Shown here piece by piece: positions 37,690 through 48,481 of a DNA stretch of 64,000 bases. Position 1 is the first letter of the stretch. Every line of letters begins with the position of its first letter. A model generated the notes under the pieces. That model searched no databases. It had not been told where the DNA came from and saw nothing but the letters and a program-made list of their open reading frames with translations. Position numbers and translations under genes: made by a program. Location of the stretch: the IMG/VR virus record IMGVR_UViG_3300001335_000085, positions 1,365-65,364 of that record. One strand, written 5' to 3'. This DNA comes from a virus.

Positions 37690-40600
37690 ATGGACAAATC
37701 AGTACAAATACTGTCAGACATCACAGCATACATGAAATATGCAAGATATATACCAGATAAAAAAAGAAGAGAACTTTGGGATGAAACTGTAAAAAGAACC
37801 ATGGATATGCATATTAAAAAGTTTCCAGAATTGAAAGAAGAAATTGAATATGCTTTTTCTTTTGTACAGGAAAAGAAAGTACTTGCTAGTATGCGTTCAC
37901 ATCAGTTTGCAGGAAAACCTATTGAGGTAAATCCTGTAAGGCTCTATAATTGTTCATATGAGAATCTTGACCATCTTGATGCATTTGCAGAAGCAATGTT
38001 TTTGATGTTATCTGGAACAGGTGTAGGTTATAGTGTACAAAAGCATCATGTAAGAAAACTCCCACCTATCCTAGGAGTACAGAGACCAGAAGGAAGACAA
38101 AGAAAGAAAAGATATCTTGTTGCTGATAACATTGAAGGGTAAATAAGACTGCCCTTATAAAAGCTATTTAATTGCTGGAAACCCCTTAGAGGTTAAAACA
38201 CTACAGCATGTCCCGTCAAGGGAGGGTGCGAATGTTTAAAAAGATTTTAACATTGGGCAATCAGCAGCTAAGTTTCGGAGTTAATATATGAAGAATTATG
38301 ACAAAGAAAAAAGTTCAGAGGCCATCCCGAAAGGGAGTAGGGAAGAAATTCCCGAAAAGGTAGCATTGTTTAAATTTTATGTTTTAAAAGACCCAAGAGA
38401 TGGTTTGATAAAATATGTTGGGAGAACAGTAGAAGAAAAAAACAGATTTAGAAAGCATATTTACGAGGCTAAGAAAAATAATAGAAATAAAAGAGAGAGA
38501 TGGATTATTTCTCTTTTGAGAAAGAATTTATTACCTGAACTAGAAGTTGTTTACCAAGAAAAATGTAGCGTAGAAGAAGCTGCAAAAATAGAAAAAATGT
38601 TGGTGAAAAAACTTAGTAAAAGGTTTCAATTGAAAAATGATAATGACAATTACGCTGGTGTTATTTTAAACGGAACCCCAGTTTTTCAATATGATTTAGA
38701 AGGTAATAAAATAAATTCTTTTGCAAATTCAAACCAAGCTATGATTAACATTGGTGTTAAAGATGTAAACATCACTAGATGTTGCAAAAATGAAAATGGT
38801 TATGGTTCAAAAACAGCCGGAGGATTTTTTTGGTCTTTTATAGATTATAAAAAATATCCTCATGAATATGTTTCTAACTGGAGAAAACTAAAAGGAAAAC
38901 CTGTTTTGCAATATGACCTAAAAGGAAATTTTATTGCAGAATTTTTAACCGCAAGAATAGCGGAAAAAGAAACAGGAACTCCTTATAAGAAGATTTCTGC
39001 TGTTTGTAACGGAAGACAAAATAAAACTAATGGTTTTATTTGGAAGTTTAAACAATAAGATATGGTCCAGCCCTTTAAGAAATTTTAGGGGTAAATGCAT
39101 CAGGGTCTGATGCTATAAAAGTTCTTTTGGAATCATACTTTTATAATAAAAGAGAAATAGATTTTGATTTTAGAGATATTAGAGCTAAAGGTACAGAACT
39201 GGTAACATCTGGAGGAAAAGCGCCGGGAGCTGAACCATTAAGAGAATGTATCGTTCAAATTACTTCAGTATTAGAAAATGCTATTGCAGAAAGAGGATTA
39301 GTCACGAAACTAAAGACTATTGAAGCACATGATATTATGTGTTATATTGCTGATGCAGTACTGGCAGGTGGTATTAGAAGAGCAGCTATGTTGGCATTGT
39401 TTTCTTTAGATGATACAGATATGTTAGAATGTAAATTTGGAAATTGGTGGGAAGAAAACCCTCAAAGAGGAAGAGCAAACAATTCAGCAGTTGTTTTACG
39501 AAGTCAGATTACTAAAGACGTATTTATGAAATTATGGGATAAAATAAAGGCATCTGGTTCAGGTGAACCGGGATTTTTCATAAGCAATAGTGAGGAATGG
39601 GGAGCTAACCCTTGTTGTTTTACTGGAGATATGAAATTGTTGACTGTTGATGGTGAAAAGACATTTGAAGAACTAAATAACACACATCCGACAATATGTG
39701 ATATGCACGGTAACAAATCAAAAGGATACGTTTGGTACAATGGAAAAAAAGATGTTATTAGACTTAAGCTATCTGATAAAACAGTAATAAAATGCACCCC
39801 AGACCATAAATTCTTAGTAGATGGTAATTGGATTGAAGCAAAAGATATGAAAGGTAAACGGATAACACAATTAACACCAAATCTACTCAAACAGAAAGCA
39901 CCAATGGTTATTAGTATTAAAGATATAGGTAGACAAGATGTATATGACTTTAATGAGCCAAACACCAATGCAGGTTATGTTAATGGTGCTTGTGCACACA
40001 ACTGTGAGATTTCATTAAGAAGCAATCAATTTTGTAATCTTGTAGAAGTGAATTTTTCAAATATTGAATCTCAAGAAGACTTAAATGAACGAGCAAGAGT
40101 AGCAAGTTTTATTTCAACTCTTCAGGCAAGTTATACAGATTTTCATTATCTCAGAGATATCTGGAGAGATACAACAGAAAAAGATGCGTTGATTGGTGTA
40201 AGTTTAACTGGGGTTGCTTCTAGACATTTATATGAATACGACCTTAAAGAATCGGCTAAAATTGTGAAGAAAGAAAACAAACGAGTAGCAAAGTTGATAG
40301 GAATTAATCCTTCTGCAAGAAGTACTACCAATAAACCATCAGGTACAAGTTCGATTATTCTAGGTACGTCATCAGGTGTTCATGCTTGGTACGATAAGTA
40401 TTATTGGAGAAGGATAAGAGTTGGAAAAGATGAAGCTATATATCAATATCTGTTTCACATATATCCTGAATTGCTTGAAGATGATTATTTCAGACCAGAA
40501 AGTACAGCTATTATTAAAGTACCACAGAAAGCACCGGAAGGAGCAATTACTAGAGAAGAAACAGCTATTGATGCATTGGAAAGAGTAAAATACATGCATG

Positions 40601-40926
40601 AACATTGGATTGATACAGGACATATTAAAGGGATAAACAAAAACAATGTATCTGTTACTATTTCAATAAGAGAAAATGAATGGGAAGACGTAAGTAATTG
40701 GATGTGGCAGAATAGAGATACATATACTGGAATTTCTGTTCTACCTTTTGATAGTGGTTCATATACACAAGCACCATTTGAATCTTGCACAAAAGAAGAA
40801 TATGAAGAAGCTATGCAGTATTTAAGTGCAGTTGATTTGAAGTATATTGTTGAGGAACAGGATAATACTCATCTGCAAAGTGAAGTTGCTTGTTCTGGTG
40901 GTGCTTGCGAAATAAAAAATATATAA
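37690..40926 (+). CDS. nrdJ: class II (B12-dependent) ribonucleotide reductase; exons 37690-38140 and 39104-40926
   Basis: YNC, GTGVG, GG.RR.A, NPC[intein]CEI, FCNL.E, KPSGT, C-terminal ACSGGAC; splicing restores IEGWSDAIK. Confidence 0.9.
38141..39103 (+). mobile_element. group I intron in nrdJ
   Basis: P1 AAGGGT/GCCCTT with U.G at the 5' splice site, AATTGCTGGAA and AATCAGCAG core strands, P7 GGCCA/TGGTC, omega-G 39103. Confidence 0.88.
38288..39058 (+). CDS. intron-encoded GIY-YIG homing endonuclease with NUMOD1 repeats
   Basis: FY.L.DP....KYVG.T...R...H; two PV.QYDL.GN modules. Confidence 0.85.
   Translation: MKNYDKEKSSEAIPKGSREEIPEKVALFKFYVLKDPRDGLIKYVGRTVEEKNRFRKHIYEAKKNNRNKRERWIISLLRKNLLPELEVVYQEKCSVEEAAKIEKMLVKKLSKRFQLKNDNDNYAGVILNGTPVFQYDLEGNKINSFANSNQAMINIGVKDVNITRCCKNENGYGSKTAGGFFWSFIDYKKYPHEYVSNWRKLKGKPVLQYDLKGNFIAEFLTARIAEKETGTPYKKISAVCNGRQNKTNGFIWKFKQ
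39616..40002 (+). mobile_element. 129-aa mini-intein in nrdJ
   Basis: CFTGD..L start, TPDHKF block B, VYD...HN end, Cys +1. Confidence 0.92.
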
Positions 40927-40935
40927 GGATAGTCT

Positions 40936-41385
40936 ATGAAATGCACGTCTAAAGACTGTAAGTATTATGTGTATGATGAATGTATTCGTAAAAATGTAAC
41001 TATAGACAAGGGTGTGTGTCCATACTATAGTACACAAGAACTACATGTATCAGACGTGTTTCACACCCCTATACATGGCGTATGGGGGTTGACCTCAGAA
41101 ACAGGTGAAGAACTAGTAGTAAAAGGGCATTTATTAAATGCTGTGGTTGCGTGGCAGTCACACTATACTATTGTACGTCCTTTACGGGGGCACACACATG
41201 GGCTAGGCACTCCAAAGAAGCAAGGTGTATTTGATGTTACTATGTATCTACGTTTTATAGATAGTGGGATTGCTGGCATGTATTTAGAGGATTTTGTGCT
41301 TGACTATTTAGCACATAGCTATTATACTATACAAAAGATAAACTGCTCAGGGCAATTTGTACACCTAGTAGTGGAGGGAACATAA
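40936..41385 (+). CDS. hypothetical protein with N-terminal Cys cluster
   Basis: C....C.Y....C......I...G.C motif. Confidence 0.65.
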   Translation: MKCTSKDCKYYVYDECIRKNVTIDKGVCPYYSTQELHVSDVFHTPIHGVWGLTSETGEELVVKGHLLNAVVAWQSHYTIVRPLRGHTHGLGTPKKQGVFDVTMYLRFIDSGIAGMYLEDFVLDYLAHSYYTIQKINCSGQFVHLVVEGT

Positions 41386-41554
41386 TGAAATATATCGTAG
41401 AAGTATCAGTATTAATGGATATGTATGTAGAAGCAGTAGATGAATCAACCGCAACTGCATATGTACAAGAAGTGTTAAATAACATACAGGATACAGAGCA
41501 TTGTACTGATGTACATATATTGATGACTGAAGCTTATGGAGAGAAAGCATTATT

Positions 41555-43078
41555 ATGAACATATTATTTAAGTTGTATATACGGTTTATCCGTCCATATA
41601 CAGAAAGGAAATTACAGAAGTTATTCAAAGATGCTAAGGTGTTGGATTCTACTATATGGAATACATATAAATATCTACCATTAAAAGAGTTTGGTGATGC
41701 TGTTAAAAACTATGAATATAAACCTGACCTATTGAACGGTGTTGTAGATTTTGCCTATAATAATCCTAATGTGTTTTTTAGTGAACTAGGTGTGAGTAGA
41801 GATTGTTTTTCTGAAGATACTCCACTAGTAGTCAGACTAGATAAGGCCGATATAGCTGTGATAACTTTTAGAGAAATGTTTTTATATTTTAATCGTGGGG
41901 TTTCTCTAGAAGTTTTAGATGAAACTGGATTAAATTGGATAACTGTACAGAATGTTATAAAAAAAGTTTCAGACAAAGATAGCTATTTATTTTATGGGAA
42001 GAATGGCACATTTACAGTCACTGAAGACCACCCTATTTTTGATGGGACAGAATTTAAGGAAGCGTCAGAAATAGATACAAATCTACCTAGTATTGAGTAT
42101 TTACATGTATTTCAGGATAAGAAGCCTGCGAAAGAAGTAGAAAATACTGATTTATATTGGGCATTGGGGTTTTTTTGTGCAGATGGTTATACAAAATTAG
42201 TCGATAGCTCTCGAAAATTTATTGTGCTGACAAGTACAAATGAAGAATATAGTAATAAAGCATTGCAATTGTTGAATAATGCTTTTGGTAATTGTTTTGA
42301 GTATACAAATTATCCATCTGATGAAGCCGGTAATGTTCGTGGAAATGCTATATTACGTAATAAGCAATATAAAATAGTTTTTAAGGCTAGAACACTTGAA
42401 AAGCAAGACAGAGAAAATGTGTTAAATTATTTTCTACAATATTACGATGATGATAGAAATAAAATTGTACCTACCTTTATTTTTTCGTTATCTAATAATG
42501 CTATCAAACAATTTTTAGATGGGTATTGGTGTGGTAATGGTTACAAGTATAAAGGTGGTATGAATACAGTACATAATTCTAAGAAATTAGCAATGCAGTT
42601 ATCTATACTTTATAAATTGATTGGGTATAAGTTCACATCAATTAAACAAGATGGAGACAAAAAAACATATATACTTGCTAGTTATAAAGAAATGCCGAAA
42701 AATAATACTGGTTTAGGTACAAAAAGAAAGAAAATTAAAACTGGAAAATATGTTTATGACATTACAGTGGATGGGGGTCAATTTTTAGTTGATGGTAGTA
42801 TTGTGCATAATTGTGATGACACCAGTCGTGTGTTTTATCACTATGGACTGCTTAATGGCTATACAGCACAAGAAGTCATAGTGACATCGAAAGATGCAAT
42901 AGCTAAGAAGGCACATGTAGTATGTGTGCTAGAAAAAGATAATCAATATTGGCTATGTGATTATAGTGTCTATGGACCATTCACTTCGTTTGAACGTGCA
43001 GTTGAAAGTATAGTACGTCATTGGTCTAGCTATACTCCAGAGAATTTATTATGGGAACGATATTACAGCATACAGTAA
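41555..43078 (+). CDS. transglutaminase/papain-like Cys-protease-fold protein (171-aa extein) interrupted by an intein
   Basis: Extein reads RD|CDD ... AHVVCV ... WLCDY (Cys-His-Asp). Confidence 0.7.
   Translation: MNILFKLYIRFIRPYTERKLQKLFKDAKVLDSTIWNTYKYLPLKEFGDAVKNYEYKPDLLNGVVDFAYNNPNVFFSELGVSRDCFSEDTPLVVRLDKADIAVITFREMFLYFNRGVSLEVLDETGLNWITVQNVIKKVSDKDSYLFYGKNGTFTVTEDHPIFDGTEFKEASEIDTNLPSIEYLHVFQDKKPAKEVENTDLYWALGFFCADGYTKLVDSSRKFIVLTSTNEEYSNKALQLLNNAFGNCFEYTNYPSDEAGNVRGNAILRNKQYKIVFKARTLEKQDRENVLNYFLQYYDDDRNKIVPTFIFSLSNNAIKQFLDGYWCGNGYKYKGGMNTVHNSKKLAMQLSILYKLIGYKFTSIKQDGDKKTYILASYKEMPKNNTGLGTKRKKIKTGKYVYDITVDGGQFLVDGSIVHNCDDTSRVFYHYGLLNGYTAQEVIVTSKDAIAKKAHVVCVLEKDNQYWLCDYSVYGPFTSFERAVESIVRHWSSYTPENLLWERYYSIQ
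41804..42811 (+). mobile_element. 336-aa intein with LAGLIDADG endonuclease
   Basis: CFSEDT, TVTEDHP, LGFFCADG, FLDGYWCGNG, VYDITV..VHN/C. Confidence 0.92.
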
Positions 43079-43157
43079 TTACTGTATATAACCACCAGAC
43101 TGCTGAGGATTGCCATTACGGCATTTCCTCAGCTTTTTAGTATAATGACACTAGGAG

Positions 43158-43472
43158 GTGTATATGAATCGTGTGAAGACAATCCTCAGCTATGTTATAG
43201 GAGGATTAGCTATTATTGGTGTAGGTGTGTTGGCTATCACCACACTTAATAGGATAAACAGCAGTAAACTCATTGCCAGTATCATAGAAACATTCTTTTT
43301 ACGTAAAAAAGGCATTGATAGAAAAGATAATACCGTGTATACTGAACATGGTGAGATAGATATACCAGAACCTATACAAGATGAAACAGTGACTGCATAT
43401 GATACTGTAGAGCCTGAAATAGAACATGCAGAAATATTACATGAAATGCATGATAGAAGGATAAAGAAATGA
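43158..43472 (+). CDS. membrane-anchored protein
   Basis: N-terminal TM helix; AGGAGG RBS. Confidence 0.6.
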   Translation: MYMNRVKTILSYVIGGLAIIGVGVLAITTLNRINSSKLIASIIETFFLRKKGIDRKDNTVYTEHGEIDIPEPIQDETVTAYDTVEPEIEHAEILHEMHDRRIKK

Positions 43473-43855
43473 AAAAACTATTGACAATCATCCTTATCTG
43501 TAGTATGGTGAATCTATCAGCATACACTATGTTGAGTACAGAAGAGGCTACAGCATTCATAGCATCAGCACCAGAAGAAGTAGTATCTATTGTACAGTAT
43601 TATGACTATATGGAACACACTGTACCTGAAATAGATTTAGGAACAGTGGAGTACTTATTAGTCGGTGATAATCTTCTGGTGAATTATAATGGTATCACTA
43701 TCAATCATGGGTTGTTTTCTTATCAATTAGATGTACAGCCTGAGATTGTATATAATTTTATACAGGAGGATACGAATGACTTAGAGTATATCGTTATATT
43801 TGGAATAGGGATTATATTAGGAGGAATGATAGGCTATAGTCTATATGTATTTTAG
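43469..43855 (+). CDS. secreted/membrane protein
   Basis: Signal-peptide-like N-terminus and C-terminal TM helix. Confidence 0.6.
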   Translation: MKKLLTIILICSMVNLSAYTMLSTEEATAFIASAPEEVVSIVQYYDYMEHTVPEIDLGTVEYLLVGDNLLVNYNGITINHGLFSYQLDVQPEIVYNFIQEDTNDLEYIVIFGIGIILGGMIGYSLYVF

Positions 43856-44007
43856 GAGGAATAATATGAACGAAATCGAACAGTATGAATATCATATAGT
43901 ATGTAGAGACGGTACATGGATATGTACTGCACAGGAAGACGTAATACAAGGACAGGCAATCACACCAGAGATGGCGCTTATCAGATGCTTGTATAAGGTG
44001 ATGCTAC

Positions 44008-45183
44008 ATGATTAAACGTATCACATTACATAATTTTCAAAGTCATAAACACACGGTATTAGATTTCACAGAAGGAGTGAATGCAATACAGGGTGCGAGT
44101 GATAATGGAAAGACAAGCTGTATACGGGCATTGAAATGGGTATTAACAAATCGTCCTACTGGTATTAGTTTCATCAATAGAGATGTGATGAAAGATGGAA
44201 AACAGTTAGAGGATTGTTATGTCATTATAGAAACAGATAATCATATATTAGAACGACATCGTACGTCTACTAAGAATGGTTATATAGTGGATGGCACACC
44301 GCTGAACGCTATAGGCACAGATGTACCAGAAGAAGTGTTATCGGCTTTGAATATGAATGATATAAACACACAATTTCAGCTTGATAAACCGTTTCTCTTG
44401 ACAGAGACTCCGGGTGAAGTAGCTCGTATGTTGAATAAAGTCGTAAAGCTAGATGATATTGATAGTACATTAAAACAGTTGAATGGTTATACTAAACAAA
44501 CAAAACGACAAGTTATCATTGTACAGGAACAGTTACAGCAGATAGAGCAGGATATAGCTGATAATGATATCAGTGAATTAGAAACAGCAGTGATAATGGC
44601 AGAACGTTTAGCTGATAAATATGCAACATGTGAAAAAGAATATGAGAAAGTATCTACACTTTATAATGATTTACGTGTATTATCATCGGTGATAGAAGAA
44701 TATGCAACACTAGATACAGAAGCTACATTAGTAGAGCAAGCTATAAAGATACAACAGCAGTATGACACTGTAGAATCAAAAGTATGGGCGCTAGAGGATA
44801 AATACGAGGAGCTAGAGAAACTTAAAGCAACCACATACCAGTATGCAGAAGTTGATGTAATAGCCATAAATAGTATAGTACAGTCATATAAAGATATCAT
44901 AGACACATACACAGAATTCACTACAGACTATAATGCTATAGCATCTATACAAGCAAAGACATATACGCTTGCGCATATTGATGTAGCACCTATAGATGAG
45001 GCAGTACAGCAGTATCTTTTCACAGATTCTTCTATAAAAACTATTGACAATATGATGCAAAAAGCAGTATCATATAACAAGAACATAGAAAAGTATAACA
45101 ACGCTATACAGCTATTAGAGGAGGAAGTAAAGATGATGATGAAGGGGACATGTCCTATATGTGGAGGTGTGTTACATGAATAA
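44008..45183 (+). CDS. sbcC: SbcC/Rad50-like ATPase, N-terminal half ending in the zinc hook
   Basis: NFQSH, G.SDNGKT, Q.QLD, coiled coil, terminal CPIC. Confidence 0.88.
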   Translation: MIKRITLHNFQSHKHTVLDFTEGVNAIQGASDNGKTSCIRALKWVLTNRPTGISFINRDVMKDGKQLEDCYVIIETDNHILERHRTSTKNGYIVDGTPLNAIGTDVPEEVLSALNMNDINTQFQLDKPFLLTETPGEVARMLNKVVKLDDIDSTLKQLNGYTKQTKRQVIIVQEQLQQIEQDIADNDISELETAVIMAERLADKYATCEKEYEKVSTLYNDLRVLSSVIEEYATLDTEATLVEQAIKIQQQYDTVESKVWALEDKYEELEKLKATTYQYAEVDVIAINSIVQSYKDIIDTYTEFTTDYNAIASIQAKTYTLAHIDVAPIDEAVQQYLFTDSSIKTIDNMMQKAVSYNKNIEKYNNAIQLLEEEVKMMMKGTCPICGGVLHE

Positions 45184-45258
45184 ACGTGGTATACATAATA
45201 TCATCACTATTGTTATTATTGTATGCATATTACTGCTACAATACATAGTGAAGACTAT

Positions 45259-46122
45259 ATGAAGTTTTTAGTAAGTTCAGATTGGCATCTACGAACAGAT
45301 AAACCAAGATGCCGTGTAGATGATTGGATGACCACACAAAGAGAACGATTAGAATGGTTAGTCACTGTGATAAATCAACATAGTTGTCCTATGTATGTTG
45401 CAGGGGATATTATGGATAGTGGTACAGCAAACCCAGCATTAGAGAATATGATTATCAGCGTATTGAAGAAGGCTGAATATCCTATCAAAACTATAGCTGG
45501 AAATCACGATGTATTGTATCATAATATCAAGCATTTAGAAAAATCCAGTTATTGGGTATTACATCAAGCAGGAGTTATTGACCATCAACCTGATGAGAAA
45601 GAATGTGTAACGGCGTTTCAATATGGAGAAGAGATTACAAATAATACTGGGATTATGATGTGTCATAGACTTGTATTCCCTAATACTCCTCCCCCATATC
45701 TGAAGAATGCCATAAGTGCTAAAGAGTTGTTAAACCAATATGATTATGATATCATATTAAGTGGTGATAATCATATGGCATTCTATACAGAGCATAATGG
45801 AAAAGTACTTATTAATGGGGGTGGCTTATTCAGACAGGAAGCAAATGAGAAATACAAAGTCCCTAAGATATATCTATATGAAGATGGAGTGATAACTACA
45901 ATAGAAGTACCTGTGAATGTGGAAGATGTACAGCAGGAATATCTATTAGAAGAACATGCTAGACTTGATAGAATGACGGCATTTGTAGAACGAGTCGAAG
46001 TTTCACATGACTTAGGGCTTTCATTCACTGATAATATTGAAGCAAGTCTCAAGACGACTACAATACAGCAACCTACTATAGAGATAATCTATAAAGCATT
46101 ACGAGGAGAATTAATTGATTAA
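45259..46122 (+). CDS. sbcD: SbcD/Mre11-like metallophosphoesterase nuclease
   Basis: SDWH, AGDI.D, GNHD, H, SGDNH. Confidence 0.9.
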   Translation: MKFLVSSDWHLRTDKPRCRVDDWMTTQRERLEWLVTVINQHSCPMYVAGDIMDSGTANPALENMIISVLKKAEYPIKTIAGNHDVLYHNIKHLEKSSYWVLHQAGVIDHQPDEKECVTAFQYGEEITNNTGIMMCHRLVFPNTPPPYLKNAISAKELLNQYDYDIILSGDNHMAFYTEHNGKVLINGGGLFRQEANEKYKVPKIYLYEDGVITTIEVPVNVEDVQQEYLLEEHARLDRMTAFVERVEVSHDLGLSFTDNIEASLKTTTIQQPTIEIIYKALRGELID

Positions 46123-46444
46123 AATAGCAGTACCTATTTTAGAGAAGACATTTTTTGTATACACTAAAGGAGAAGAAGAGCCTGCTAAAGCAAAACTACG
46201 TACGCTCTATGGTAAAAATGAGAAACGAGATGCACAATTAGATGATAATGCAGGCATGTGTGTGGGTAGTGTTCTTTTTATAGGGGATAACACGATAAAT
46301 ACATTAGCACATGAAGTCTATCATGCTATGGTAGGATTAGCAGAATACACAGGTATTGATGATGAAGAGACAACTGCGTATCTTATAGGTTATTTTATGG
46401 AGAAAGCTTGTAAAAAATTAGATATTATATGGAGGACGAAATGA
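46115..46444 (+). CDS. small zincin-like protein
   Basis: LAHEVYHA....EE..AY. Confidence 0.6.
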   Translation: MIKIAVPILEKTFFVYTKGEEEPAKAKLRTLYGKNEKRDAQLDDNAGMCVGSVLFIGDNTINTLAHEVYHAMVGLAEYTGIDDEETTAYLIGYFMEKACKKLDIIWRTK

Positions 46445-46671
46445 AATTTGATATTAAACAGTGGGAAAGTAAGAAACGAGAAATTGAGAAACAGAAAGCA
46501 CAGAGAGATAAAGACATTACTAGATTTGAGATGCTGAATGAACAGTTAGAAAAAGAATTTGGATGTACGTATGAGACAGCAGATGAAAAGAAGAAAGAAT
46601 TAGAGACTAAGAAAACAAAGATTGAACAGCAGTTAGACCTTATAGCAGAAGAGTTGGAAAGTTATGCATGA
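46429..46671 (+). CDS. coiled-coil protein
   Basis: Heptad-rich 80 aa between SbcD and the SbcC C-half. Confidence 0.65.
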   Translation: MEDEMKFDIKQWESKKREIEKQKAQRDKDITRFEMLNEQLEKEFGCTYETADEKKKELETKKTKIEQQLDLIAEELESYA

Positions 46672-47260
46672 TATAACGAAGTATAGAAACCTACTAGAAC
46701 AACGTAGAGGCTCTCTAAACAAACTTAAACAGCAACGTGGTACATACACATCAGAATTAGAAAAACTTCAAGCAGAGGCAATATATGTAGATGAGGCTAC
46801 TATATTTATACAAGAAGTTGCAAGAAAGACACAAGACCAAGTAAAGGTTCATATTAATGATATTGTGAGTCTGGCACTAGCGACCATATTCGAAGACCCA
46901 TACTTATTTGAATTGGAATTTGTAGTACGTAGAAATAAGACAGAATGTGATATCTATTTTATACGCAATGGTCAGCGAATTAATCCGCTAGATGAAAGCG
47001 GTGGTGGTGCAGTGGATGTAGCTAGTTTTGCTTCTCGTATTGCCTTATGGAGTATAGGGACTACAGACAATGTATTAGTGTTTGATGAACCATTTAAGTT
47101 TGTCAGTAGAGAGTATCAAGCTAAAGTGGGGGAATTACTCACCTTACTATCAAATAAACTGAATCTACAGATTATTATGGTAAGTCATAACGATAATTTT
47201 ATACAGAATGCAGATAATATTATCACGATTAAAAAGAAACAATATAGTGAGGTGGTATGA
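46664..47260 (+). CDS. sbcC: SbcC/Rad50-like ATPase, C-terminal half
   Basis: SGGG signature, LVFDEP Walker B, MVSH. Confidence 0.88.
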   Translation: MHDITKYRNLLEQRRGSLNKLKQQRGTYTSELEKLQAEAIYVDEATIFIQEVARKTQDQVKVHINDIVSLALATIFEDPYLFELEFVVRRNKTECDIYFIRNGQRINPLDESGGGAVDVASFASRIALWSIGTTDNVLVFDEPFKFVSREYQAKVGELLTLLSNKLNLQIIMVSHNDNFIQNADNIITIKKKQYSEVV

Positions 47261-47432
47261 TTTATATAATCACAGCAATCGGGATTTTTAACATATTTAT
47301 ATTATGTATAGCAACGATATCAATACTTAATGAAGAAATTAATATGTACGGTGTAACAACACTCTTTGTATTACTATTCCATTATATCTATGTAACCATA
47401 TATTATTACACAACAAGCACAGGAGGCACACT

Positions 47433-47924
47433 TTGACTTATAATGAATATCAGGAATTGACAAAAACTACAGACATCAGACCACAGACAGCAGTAGTGAA
47501 TCTACGACTTATGTGTTCTATATGCGGACTTATAGAAGAATTAGAAGAATTAGAAGAGACTTTCTATAATTGTAATGCCATTACCAAAGAAGATAATATA
47601 CTTTCTGAAGCAGGAGATGTATTATACTACATAGCTAGTTGTGCTATAGAAACAGGTATCAGTATGGAAGAAATAGCACGTATAACACTGCTTGACAATG
47701 AGAAGTATGTAAATCCTGCTAAGATACTGAAAAAGACCTATAGAGACTTTAATGGCACTATGCCAGACCATTATAAAACTAGATTTCATGAATACTTAGC
47801 ATTACTATTACAGTGTATTGTACCAGCCTATATAGATATAGAAGAGGCTATGACATATAACATTGCTAAATTGCAGGACAGACTTGAGCGTAACTGTATC
47901 AAAGGAGATGGTGATACAAGATGA
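47433..47924 (+). CDS. MazG-like nucleotide pyrophosphohydrolase
   Basis: GL.EE..E, E.GDVL.Y, N..KL.DR..R..I.G.GD.R. Confidence 0.8.
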   Translation: MTYNEYQELTKTTDIRPQTAVVNLRLMCSICGLIEELEELEETFYNCNAITKEDNILSEAGDVLYYIASCAIETGISMEEIARITLLDNEKYVNPAKILKKTYRDFNGTMPDHYKTRFHEYLALLLQCIVPAYIDIEEAMTYNIAKLQDRLERNCIKGDGDTR

Positions 47925-48301
47925 AAAAACACATCACACATCTAGATTATATGATACTCAAATATATACCAATGTATCCTATAGAACGCTCTAGAGCAGA
48001 GATTATACGTCTTATAAAGCAAGAAATGCCTGAGCGTTATAAAAACCTGACAACATCTGTGTTTGATGGGGTGTTATTGAAATACACTACATTATTCCCA
48101 TTAACAGAGGATAAGGATGTATGTGATAATATTATATTTAATGATATGGAAGATGATGCGGATTGTTTACACGCTACCATGCAACCCATTCCATTGGAGT
48201 GGGTGCATGATAACATAGGTATGATTTTATGGGAAGAATCTGAAGAATCTGATGTTGAGATAATGCAGGCATTCCTAGCGAATATACCTCAATATCTATG
48301 A
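47921..48301 (+). CDS. hypothetical protein
   Basis: Last + strand ORF, convergent with the tail module. Confidence 0.65.
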   Translation: MKKHITHLDYMILKYIPMYPIERSRAEIIRLIKQEMPERYKNLTTSVFDGVLLKYTTLFPLTEDKDVCDNIIFNDMEDDADCLHATMQPIPLEWVHDNIGMILWEESEESDVEIMQAFLANIPQYL

Positions 48302-48481
48302 ATTTAGCTTTTTTGCTTTAGGTGTATATTTGCTAATGATATTGGCAGATATATAACCTAAAGTGATGCTAGTAAATTGTGTACCGTCTAATCTACCATA
48401 CAGAAATAAAGATAAACAAATAATCCAAACAATAAACTTCTTAGGGATTGTATCTATTATCTTAGCTATAGTGTCTACCAT
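48296..48481 (-). CDS. holin-like small two-TM protein
   Basis: 61 aa, two hydrophobic segments, basic tail, last gene of late cluster. Confidence 0.55.
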   Translation of the reverse strand: MVDTIAKIIDTIPKKFIVWIICLSLFLYGRLDGTQFTSITLGYISANIISKYTPKAKKLNS

